Positions 1-11,071 of a stretch of 64,000 nt of DNA are shown piece after piece. The stretch lies in assembly GCA_045837725.1 (NCBI GenBank), contig JBEWZL010000244.1, positions 434,001 through 498,000 of the forward strand, read 5' to 3'. The notes beneath the pieces are model-generated. The model was not told where the DNA came from and did no database searches. It worked only from the letters and a program-made list of their open reading frames with translations. The position numbers and the translations under genes are program-made. This stretch comes from Vermamoeba vermiformis. Lineage: Eukaryota. Every line of letters begins with the position of its first letter. The stretch's first letter is position 1.

Positions 1-145
1 ATTTGCATTTGTAAGCGTGATTGTTGCCAAAATGTTTTCGAGCATCCATTGTAGTTATGCAGACGCAAGTGGTGAGCCGTCAAGTTTGATAGGAAGATGA
101 GACGTGTACTTCTCCAGATTTCGGATGTGGTTTTGTCGTTCTTTG

Positions 146-2609
146 TCAGACAGGTACAGTACATGTGGCTTCGCAAATTGCTTTGAGCCACCCAGGAATC
201 GGACATTTGAACAAATTGTCCGAAGCATTACACTGTTTCAGCAACGGTGGTACCTTATTGAACTTGGACGATACGGAAGTAAAATTGTTCTCGCTGATGT
301 CTAGAACCACTAAATTCTGAACGAATTCTTCTGGTAGGTCTAATTCGCCGCTGAAATAATTGACTTGAAGTGCAATGTATACATTTTCAGGACTCACGAG
401 TGCTTCGTTGAGTTTTGGAATTGTGCCGGAGAGCTGATTGCCGCCTATTTCTAATCGAACTACGTTCGTTTTTGCAAGGCTCGGTATTGTGCCAGTGAGA
501 TTATTGTAGCCCAGATGCAACCGCGTCAGATTCGTCAATTGTGAAATTTCGTTGGGCAATGTTCCTTGCAATCCACTCCGATAGATATTTAATTCTGTAA
601 GGTTCTTTAGGTTCCCAATCTGTGTCGGCATCGTCCACGACAGCTGTTGATTAAGACCAAGGTATAAAGTGTTCAATGACGGCAATGAAAATATCTCCAA
701 AGGCACAGATCCGTGGAGTAGTGTTCTTCTAAAGGAAAGCTTGGCGAGACTTGTAATATCTCCTATCGACTTTGGTATTGTTCCGTATAAGTGTTGCGAT
801 GCCAAGTATAATTTTCTGAGCTTGCTGAGTCTTCCAATTGAGTTGGGAATTGTTCCTATCATTTTATCGTTGTCCATAGCAATCTCGATCACTCTCAAAT
901 CACTGTCACAATAGACACCAGGCCACTTGCACACAGACACAAATGCCGATGCTCCATTCTGCCAATTTGGCCCGTCAGTATCGTAAAAGAACTCTTGCAG
1001 CACGTCTTGGTCCTTCGATGTCGCTGGAGCAGGTGCTAGCGGTGTTAATGCATCGGAATCTGGTCGTCGATTATCGCTACTTGGCGGTGTGTGAACGAAT
1101 GGCACGATGAAGAACACTCCAATAGCAACACTGATCAACAAGAGAACTGCGAGTGATGTGCCGATGATCCATCGAAGTGATCGATTCCTAGAATTGGGTA
1201 GTGCTGACTTTTGTATACTGTTCTGCTCTTTTTTGATAAATTCGGCGTACATCATATCGACAACTTGATGGATCTGACTAGTGTTCGCTTTCATGTCACT
1301 GATGTCTCTAAAGTTCTGTTTGATCGATTCGCTCAGGTAAGGAATCAATGACTCGTAGTCGACATGAAGAATGCCTAAATATACTCATTAGTATTGAGCT
1401 CAATAGTACTGTAAACACGTACCATCGATGAGTTGAACTGCTTCAGGCACGACACTCTCAATTTGCTGAGCGATGTATCCAACGAATCGTCTGTTTAGCA
1501 GTGCATTGGTGGCACCTTGTTTGAATTTGTACTCCACTCCATCAATTTTGAGAAGCACGGAGCGTGGGTCACGGTCGTCGATCAGCAGTCTTACATCTTC
1601 TTTGATGTTGATGTCTGATGCCTTGTAGAAGTTGAGTGCTCTGAAGTTGCCAATCACTTCTGCATTGCCGTTGTACAGCACGATATATTCATTGGAGTAA
1701 TCACTGTGTAATTGTTAATAAATGCCGAATTAGTGGAAGAGACGCGTACTTTTCAATATATTGTCTAAGTTCTGTCGTTGCATAACTCGCTTGCCTATAG
1801 TGCAACATAATTAAAACACGGTCTTAAGTAGTAAATCAGTGCCACTAGCTTACGAAATTGGTACGAGTGCAAGATCCTCCGAATCACCTTCATTGCTGTA
1901 ACTTTGCAATCTCTCTTCGGAGTCATTGAAGTCCGCCATAACACTATCTTCATCGCAATATTCTTCGGGAGAGGCGTAAACTGCGTCATTTTGAGGAAGT
2001 AGAACAGGTTTGTTTTGATCTCCTGCATCCAGCGGCCAACAAATTTGGATTATCGCTATAATTAAATAAAAATTAATATTTTCATTCATGCCCAATAGTT
2101 GAAAAATTAATTAAGGAATAAAAATTTGTTGTGATAATTAATTTCTATTTACCACTGTCCTCGGCCTCCTCGTCTGCAACACGCCTCTTAGGAAGTACTC
2201 TACACGTTTGAGAAAAGCCAGTATTTAAAAGAACGTCGTTTGAGAAACAACGGACCACAAATCTGATCGAGCGATCTTTGTTTCGTCTAAAATCGAACAC
2301 TCCGGCATTAATTTTCAATCTGCATAAAAGTCCTTCTATTATTGGGGTGTTTTGATTCGTTTGAAACTTAAAAGGTGTTCTTTTGGCCCAAACAAGGCCG
2401 TTTGTTATCAGATCTTCTGAAACTCCATTCGATTGAAGCATTTGAATTTGATAATGATAGCTCTCGTGCGTATCAGTTCTCGTCAGTGTCAATCCGAAGC
2501 TCGGAGACGTTATTTGAGTGAATACAAACGAATCTGCTCTACCAGCAACCGGAATCCGCAACCGGAAATTGGTCAATACGTGAAGTAGCGGGTCATTTGT
2601 TTCTTCCAT
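146..2609 (-). CDS. MYRF-like membrane-tethered transcription factor with S74 auto-cleavage domain and LRR ectodomain, copy 1 (~737 aa)
   Basis: Hand-spliced GT-AG exons 2609-2153, 2055-1854, 1794-1750, 1703-1423, 1374-146 give one continuous 2214-nt frame. Motifs: PKRR NLS; acidic linker; GNAEVIGNF..KASDINIKEDV, GYIAQQIESVVPEAV and LHVDYESLIPYL (S74/ICA); TM WIIGTSLAVLLLISVAIGVFFIVPF; CKWPGVYC LRR N-cap; GTIPxxIGxL repeats; Cys C-cap. Confidence 0.88.
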
Positions 2610-2802
2610 TTCGGTGTTATATCAATTTTGACCGCTTGTGAACCGAATCAAGCTGGTCTCATACCTGTCACACTCGTCACGAAGTTCGAACTCCGCAAAA
2701 TCCCAGTTTCTGTTTGTAAAAAACAAGAAAATAGGCGAAACGGCACATTTATAGACGGCTTTAAAGCTTGGAAGAATCATTTCCGTCGTTTCAATTTTTT
2801 TT

Positions 2803-5344
2803 TTATGTACAACTAGCGCTACACTCTGTTTTGAACCATTCAGGAATCGAACATTTGAACGGATTGCCTGTTGCATAGCAAAACATGTACGTTGCTGTCC
2901 TGTTGTCGAATCGAGGAGATACTGAACTGAAATTATTGTTGATGATATCAAAGTAATTCATAGTTTTGGGCGCTATCGGCAAGTCGAATTCGCCGCTAAA
3001 ACTATTATTCGCAATACTGACGGCCAGCTCCAATTTTTCGTTCTCGATAAAAAGTTGCTCGTTCAACTTGGGAATTGAGCCAGTAAAATTGTTGTTTTCC
3101 AATTTTAACCGACGCACGCTTGTTTTTGCAAGACTAGGCACTGTTCCAATTAAATTGTTACTGCCAACTGACAATCCTTCGAGTTTCGTCAATTTTGAAA
3201 TTTCGTCAGGCAATGTTCCGTGCAGGCCAGTAACATGCGCGTCAAAGATTTTGAGGTTTTTCAGGTTTCCAATTTGTGGCGGTATTGTCCACGACAAATT
3301 TGCATTATCGCTGATCTCTAGAGTCTGCAGCGAAACCAACGAGAATATCTCCAATGGCACTGTACCCGTGAGCTGACTGCGTATCAAATGCAGCTTGACG
3401 AGACTTGTTAGATTTCCAATAGAGGCTGGTATAGTTCCAGATATCTTGTTTTGATACGGCAACTGCAGAATTTGAAGCTTGTCCAGTTTGCCAATTGAGT
3501 CCGGGATCGTGCCAGCCAAATTCTGGTACTTGTCTAGCTGAATAGCTACCACTCTGAAGTCTTCGTCGCATTTGACGCAAAGCCAGTCACAAACTGATAT
3601 AGAAGGTGATGCAGTTACTCCCCAATACTTGCTGCCACCAGTAGCATAAAACAAGTCGACGAGCACTTCCTGATCGATTGACGGGAAAGCCGATGGTGTC
3701 GTTGATTGTAATGGACTCGGTACGCTAGGCAGTGGCGTGTTTGGTGCTTCAGGGAGGTTGTGAATATTCGGGGCAGGACGGACTAGTGGCACGATGAAGA
3801 ACGCTCCAATAGCAACACTGAGCAATAAGAGAACTGCGAGTGATGTGCCAATGATCCATCGTAGCGAATGATTACGTAGATGTTGTTTTGGATTGGACGT
3901 AGTTGACTTATTAATCTTCTTTTGCTCCTTTTTGATGAACTCAGCATAAAGCATATCAACAACTTGGTGAATCTGACTCGTGTTCGCTTTCATGTCACTG
4001 ATGTCTCTGAAGTTCTGTTTGATTGATTCACTCAGATATGGTATCAATGACTCGTAGTCCACGTGAAGAATGCCTAAATATACTCATTAGTATTGAGCTT
4101 GATAGTGCTGCATGCACTTACCATCGATGAGTTGAACTGCTTCAGGTACGACACTCTCAATTTGCTGAGCGATGTAACCGACGAATCTCTTGTTCAGTGG
4201 TGCATTGGTGGCACCTTGTTTGAACTTATATTCGACTCCATCGATTTTGAGAAGCACGGAGCGTGGATCGTGATCATCAATCAGCAGTCTGACATCTTCT
4301 TTGATGTTGATGTCTGATGCCTTGTAGAAGTTGAGTGCTCTGAAGTTGCCAATCACTTCTGCGTTGCCATTGTATAGCACCATGTAGTGTTCGGTATTGT
4401 GACTATTAAACGTTAGCAAAAGAAGATGGTACGACCAAGTGAGGCACGTACTTTGTGACGAACGCTTCGGGCTCTGCTAAAACGTAGCCGGAGTGCCTAT
4501 GGTGCATCATATTAAGAATGACGACGTCAATCATAGTGATAAAATATACAGCGATAAATAAATATACTTACGATACTGGGATCAGCGAAAGATCCTCGGA
4601 GTCACCTTCGTTGCTGAAACTTTGAAATCGTTCGTCCGAATCGTTATATGTTTCCATAACACTATCCTCATCTTGGTATTCTTGATACTCTTCAAGAGAT
4701 GAATATTGCTCGTTTTGTTGAACGACGCAATGCGGAGATTGATTTTCGGGTGAATCCAGGACCCAACAAATTGGAATTATTACTAATTAATAAAATGTAT
4801 AAATATTACAATCGCGTATTATCGAATCATATTTGTATTTAAATCTTGTACGAATATTTAAATTAATTTTGTTCGCTCACTTACGGTCACTGTCGTCAAC
4901 CTCCTCGTCCGCCACGCGTTTTTTAGGGTGCACATTGCATAACTGAGAAACTCCAGTGCTGAGTAGAACGTTATTGGAGAAACAACGAACTACAACTCTG
5001 ATCGATCTGTGTTTCACACGTCTGAAATCGAATATTCCTGTTGGGATTCGAAGTCTACATACTAGAGCTTCGATTATTGACGTGTTTTGCTTCTTTTGAA
5101 ACTGATATGGTGTTCTTTTGGCCCAATGAAGGCCGTTTAAAACAATTTCCTCCGATACTCCATTTGACTGGAGCATTTGAATTTGATAATGATAGCTCTC
5201 ATGCGTATCAGTTCTCGTCAATGTCAATCCGAAGCTCGGAGACGTTGTTTGAGTGAAAACAAATGCATCTACAGCTCCAGATAGAGGGATCAAGACTTGA
5301 AAATTGTTCAATACATTAATTTGTGTAGTGTTCGTCACCTCCAT
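2803..5344 (-). CDS. MYRF-like S74-TM-LRR protein, copy 2 (~755 aa)
   Basis: Exons 5344-4885, 4782-4572, 4496-4452, 4402-4122, 4073-2803 (2268 nt, in frame). Intron positions, phases and domain order are the same as in copy 1. Confidence 0.88.
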
Positions 5345-5485
5345 GCTTGATTTACGGTGGTCACGGCAAGGAAGTAAATTTAAAGTGCATGTGAACTGTC
5401 GAAAAATTTCGGAGTTATTGACGCTGCGCACGTGCGGCTGCTTATGTAATGTGATTTATTTGCAGTGATCGTTCATGAAATTGCT

Positions 5486-8008
5486 TTATTTACAAGAAGC
5501 ATGGCAAATTGTTTGAAGCCATTCAGGAATTGGACAGTTGAAGGGATTACCTTCCGCATGACAAACTGCGTGAACTTTAGTGACGTTAAAAAATTTTGGC
5601 GATACGGAAGTGAACAAATTTTCCGTGATATCCAGTAAGTCTATATCTTTCAAAAATTCTTGTGGCAAGTCGAATTCACCGCTGAAAGAGTTTTGCGCGA
5701 GAATAATGCTCGTGTAGGTTCCCTCAGGTAGCAGAACGTTCTCGTTAATCTTCGGAGCTGGGCCCGTCAAGAAATTGTATGACAATTGTAGCTGTCTAAT
5801 GTTTGTCTTTTCAAGACTAGGCACTGTGCCAGTCAGATTATTGCCGCCTAAGTACAATATCGTTAACGAAGACAGCTCTGAGATTTCGTTTGGTATCGTT
5901 CCATGAAGTCCAGCGACGTGTGCGTCGAACTCCTCAAGACGTTTGAGGTTTGAAATCTGTGGAGGTATCGTCCATGACAACCCACGGTTATTGTTCAGGC
6001 CCAAATTCTTCAATGAAGTCAACGAGAATATCTCCAACGGCACTGTTCCGCTAAGGTGCGTGTTGGACAAACTGAGTGTGACGAGGTTTGTAAGGTTTCC
6101 TATTGACACTGGAATAGTCCCGCTCAGCATGTTCGGCGACAATCGAAAACTTTCAAGCTTGTCTAGTTTGCCAATTGAATCGGGAATTGTTCCATCCAAA
6201 CTGCCAGCGACCTTCTCAATGCGAACTACTCTGAAGTCTTCGTTGCACGTGATACCAGGCCATTCACAAACTGAAATTGATGGCAGCGATGTGTTCTTCC
6301 ACTTCTTGCCTCCGCCAGTTGCGTAGTAGAACTCGAGAAGCACGTCTTGGTCGATTGACGGAAAATGACCAGGAACATTCGTACTCGGTGCTTCCGGCGT
6401 CGCTGAATGATTGGGACTCGATGGGTTATTGTTAACGAATGGCACGATGAAGAACACTCCAACGGCAATGCTGATCAACAAAACAACTGCGAGTGATGCG
6501 CCGATGATCCACCGAAGTGAGCGATTCCTGGTTCGTTCTTTCGTGCCAGCAGTTTTCTTTTCGTTTTTCTTCTGCTCTTTTTTGATGAACTCAGCATACA
6601 TCATATCAACGACTTGATGGATGTGACTCGCATCCGCTTTCATATCGCTGATGTCTCTGAAGTTCTGTTTGATTGATTCGCTCAGATATGGTATCAATGA
6701 TTCGTAGTCCACGTGAAGAATGCCTAAAGATACTCATTAGTATTGAGATTAATAGTGTGCATGTTCGTACCATCGATGAGTTGAACTGCTTCAGGAACAA
6801 CACTCTCAATTTGCTGAGCGATGTATCCGACGAATCTCTTGTTCAGTGGTGCGTTGGTGGCACCTTGTTTGAACTTATATTCGACTCCATCGATTTTGAG
6901 AAGCACGGAGCGCGGGTCACGATCGTCGATCAATAGCCTGACATCTTCTTTGATGTTGATGTCTGATGCCTTGTAGAAGTTGAGTGCTCTGAAGTTGCCG
7001 ATCACTTCTGCATTGCCATTGTAGAGTATCATGTAGTTGTCCGAGTGATAACTGCGTCTATGTTAGAAAACGACATCACGATAAAGTGAGCTACGTACTT
7101 CGTGGCACCCGACTGGAGTTCTGCGACATCACCGTAGCTTACGTGCCTGCCCGTAAATCATCGTTAGACTAACATCCGTGTGATGCTTTTAAAGCGTACG
7201 CCGCTATATTAAAACACTTACGAAACGGGGATCAGCGAAAGATCTTCAGATTCAGCGTCGTTGCTGTAACTTTGAAATCGTTCTTCTGAATCGTTAAGTG
7301 TGGTGGCCATTACACTATCTTCATCTTGGTATTCTTCAGGAGATGAATAAAGTGCCTCATGTTGCAAATGAACGCTTGCCGCATATTGAGCTTCTGCATC
7401 CAACGCCCAACAAATTGGAATAATAACTAAAAAAAGCCATTATACACGTAGTACTTGATACTAAAACGATTTTTGTTGCGAGGAATCATAAATGGTTTGA
7501 AAAATTGCAATTGGTAATAAAATTAATTAGCCGATTTTTACTTACCGTTGCCTTCGTCGGGTTCTTCGTCCGCAACACGCCTTTTAGGAAATACTTTGCA
7601 TGTTTGAGAAAGTCCTGTGCTTAAGAGAACGTCGTCTTTCGCAAAACAACGAACCACAATTCTGATCGAGCGATCTTTGTTTCTTCTGAAATCAAATACT
7701 CCTGTTGTGATCTTCAATCGACATATTAGTGCTTCTATTATTGAAGTATTGTATTTTTTCTGAAACTGATATGGTGTTCTCTTCGCCCACGCAAGGCCGT
7801 TTGAAACAACTTCTTCTTGCCCGTTCGTTGCTGTTTGAAGTATTTGGAATTGATAATGATAGCTATCATTTGTATCAATACGCGTCAGAGTCAATCCGAA
7901 GCTTGGATTGGTAGTCTGGGTGAAAACAAACGCATCCGCATCTCCTGAAATCGGAATAAAAATCTGAAAATTAGTTAAAACGTGCAGCTGAATTGCATTT
8001 GGTTCCAT
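5486..8008 (-). CDS. MYRF-like S74-TM-LRR protein, copy 3 (~744 aa)
   Basis: Exons 8008-7546, 7426-7222, 7146-7099, 7051-6771, 6723-5486 (2235 nt, in frame). Same architecture. Confidence 0.88.
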
Positions 8009-8124
8009 TGTGGTTAAGTACGCTGTTCATTTGAGGAACATTGAAATTAAATGGGTGTGATTCTATAAATCCCGTGTGATCTGATTGCCTGTCAAGTTAC
8101 TTAAAAAGATTACGATTTCGTTTT

Positions 8125-10702
8125 TTATGTACAAGTCGCTTGACACTCTATTTTCAACCATTCCGGAATTGGACACTTGAACGGATTGCCTGCCGCGAAA
8201 CATTTTGCTATTGTCGTTACATTATCGAGCCGCGGAGACACGGAAGTAAACTTATTATTTGCCAGGCCAATATAATTCTTATCGTTGAATATCTCTAATG
8301 GTAGGTCAACTTCACCGCTGAAAAAATTGTCATCCAAGTCCACACTAAACGGTTGGTGTTCTGCAGGTTCATTCAACTTTGGAATTGGACCCGTGAAGTG
8401 ATTCCTTGTCAAGCTTAGGTAGTTGAGGTTCAAGTTGGCAAGACTAGGCACTGTTCCGGTTATATTGTTGGAGCCCAACGACAACCAACCGAGATTTGTT
8501 AGTTGCGAAATTTCGTTGGGCAATGTTCCGTGCAGTCCAGAGAGACGCGCATTGAATCTTTTGAGTTGCTTCAAGTTTGAAATCTGCGGCGGTATCGTCC
8601 ATGACATGTTATAGTTGCTAATGACGTCAAATATCTTCAATGAAGTCAGAGAGAATATCTCCAATGGCACTGAACCGGTGAATTCTGACAGTCCGAGATC
8701 GAGTTCGACGAGGCTTGTAAGATTTCCAATCGATACTGGAATGGTCCCAGACAGCTTATTTGCACGAAGGCGAAGAGTTGTAAGCTTGTTGAGTTTGCCA
8801 ATGGAGTCGGGTATCGTTCCAACTAGATCTCCTTGCACGAATTGAATAGAAACCACTCTGAAGTCCGCGTCGCATTTTACACCAGGCCATTCACAAACTG
8901 AGGTTGAAGGCGAGGCCTTGTACTTCGTGTTCCAGTCTTTGCCACGGGTAGCGTAATAGAACTCGACAAGCACGTATTGATCTATTGACGGAAACACTTG
9001 TACGGGTGGCTCACTTGGTGGTGGATTTGGTGGGTTTATACTTGGCGATTCGATTGTTGCCGGTGTATTTGGGGTGTTAGGACTTGGTGACTCGTTAGAA
9101 CTTGCAGCTGGGTGTACTAGCGGTACGATGAACAATACTCCAATGGCAATACTGGCAAGTACCAAAGCTGTGATCGATGCGCTAATAATCCATCGAAGTG
9201 AGCGATTCCTAGGGCGTTCTTTCGTGCCAGCAGTTTTCTGTTCGTTTTTCTTTTGCTCTTTTTTGATGAACTCAGCGTACATCATATCAACGACTTGATG
9301 GATCTGATTCGCATCTGCTTTCATGTCACTGATGTCTCTGAAGTTCTGTTTGATTGACTCACTCAGATATGGTATCAATGACTCGTAGTCCACGTGAAGA
9401 ATGCCTGAGAAGCATGTTAGAAGAGAAATAAGCCGCATTACACTCCGTACCAATCGATGAGTTGAACTGCTTCAGGCACGACACTTTCAATCTGTTGAGC
9501 GATGTATCCGACGAATCTCTTGTTCAGTGGTGCGTTGGTGGCACCTTGTTTGAATTTGTATTCGACTCCATCGATTTTGAGAAGCACGGAGCGTGGGTCA
9601 CGATCATCAATCAATAGCCTCACATCTTCTTTGATGTTGATGTCTGATGCCTTGTAGAAGTTGAGTGCTCTGAAGTTGCCAATCACTTCTGCATTGCCGT
9701 TGTAGAGTACCATGTATCGATCGGATTGATCACTGTGAAAGTTTAGCGAATGAGATAAGAAGATTTCTCGAGACACATACTTGACGACCTGTTGCTCTGG
9801 TTCTGTAAGGATAAAGCTCGCTTCACTATCATATTTCGTAGTTAGAGTGGCGGCTTGTGCAATATGATATGGGTAACATAAGTGAAGTCGATATACTTAC
9901 GAAGTAGGCACGAGTGAAAGTTCGTCCGGGTCAGCTTCGTTGCTGAAACTTTGCAATCGTTCTTCAGAGTCGTTGAAGTTTGCCATGACACTGTCTTCAT
10001 CGGGATATTGTTCAGGTGACGAGAAAAATTGCTCAGGCGCTGCGTCAAACTGGTAATTAGGTTCTGCTGACCGATTCTGATCCTGATGCGCATCCAGCAA
10101 CCAGCAAATTGGAATAGTTACTGTTTGAAAAATAGTTAAAAATAGAAGCCGAATTATTTAATGTTAAAACATGTGCGCAGTAATTGAAAGCCATCCTGTA
10201 GCGACAAATAAATTTAATTTATGATCCGTTTAAAACCTTACCATTGTTTTCGGATTCCTCGTCGGCGAGTCTTTTTTTAGGAAGGACTTTGCATGTTTGA
10301 GAAAGTCCTGTACTTAATAAAACGTCGTTTGAAAAACACCGAACAATAAATCTGATCGACTGCGCGCTCTTTGTTCCGTCGAAAATCAAATATTCCTGAA
10401 GTTATCTTCACTGTACATATCAATGCTTCTATCAGTGAGGTATTTGCTCGCTTTTGAAAGTGGTATGGTGTTCTTTTGGCCCACGCGAGACCATTTGAAA
10501 TTATTTCTTCTGATCCACCAGTTGATTGAATCATTTGGATTTGATAATGGAAGCTTTCGCGAGTATCTACTCGAGTCAAAGTCAATCCGAAGCTTGGATC
10601 TGTTGTTTGAGTGAATACAAACGCATCCGCATCTCCGGAAATCGGAATTAACACATGAAAATTGTTCAATACATGAATATGAGTGTCGTAAGTAGCTTCC
10701 AT
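8125..10702 (-). pseudogene. MYRF-like S74-TM-LRR protein, copy 4, with two frameshifts (pseudogene or assembly errors)
   Basis: Exons 10702-10242, 10120-9901, 9825-9781, 9732-9451, 9404-8125. Relative to the paralogs there is a 4-nt insertion (gcag on minus, ~10360-10363) in exon 1 and one extra T (9452/9453) just before the exon-4 donor. The LRR exon is intact. Confidence 0.72.
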
Positions 10703-11071
10703 GATTGGTTTATGGTATGCGCGATAAGGTCATTGAATTAATGTTCATGTGAGCTGGAAGCAAAGTTCATGAAACAAAATTTGCCGAGATAAATTCTTCC
10801 ATTTTAGGACGACTGGTCTTGTGGATATCTCCCTTGATGATCAGCGTATTCCTGGACAACATCGGGAGCCTTTCTTGATTTCCGATTCGTTGTCGCCTCG
10901 TGCCATGTCAGATTTGCTCCTAGTGAGCAGGAGCATGATTTGTGCCTGGTTTATGCATGCAACAAGTCTTTTTCGATAACGTTGCGGGTTTGGCGGCCGG
11001 ACAACAAAATTCGAGTTCGCCTAAGTTGTCAGATTTAATTTTGATCTTTTATTGCATAGAGCAACACGACA

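Noticed and set aside
146-9453. Stand-alone plant-type LRR receptor-like proteins starting at MIPYL or MDYESL
   Set aside because: Those ORF starts are internal. An acceptor precedes GILHVDY in every copy, and the TM lies N-terminal to the LRR with no signal peptide.
1400-9776. Prophage/tailspike interpretation of the repeated S74 ORFs
   Set aside because: They are internal exons bounded by GT-AG introns and splice in frame to eukaryotic TM-LRR exons. No phage genes are nearby.
5380-10775. GTTCAT/GTTCAC words upstream of copies 2-4 as autoregulatory sites
   Set aside because: Six-mers at variable distance, not seen consistently upstream of all five copies. Chance cannot be excluded.
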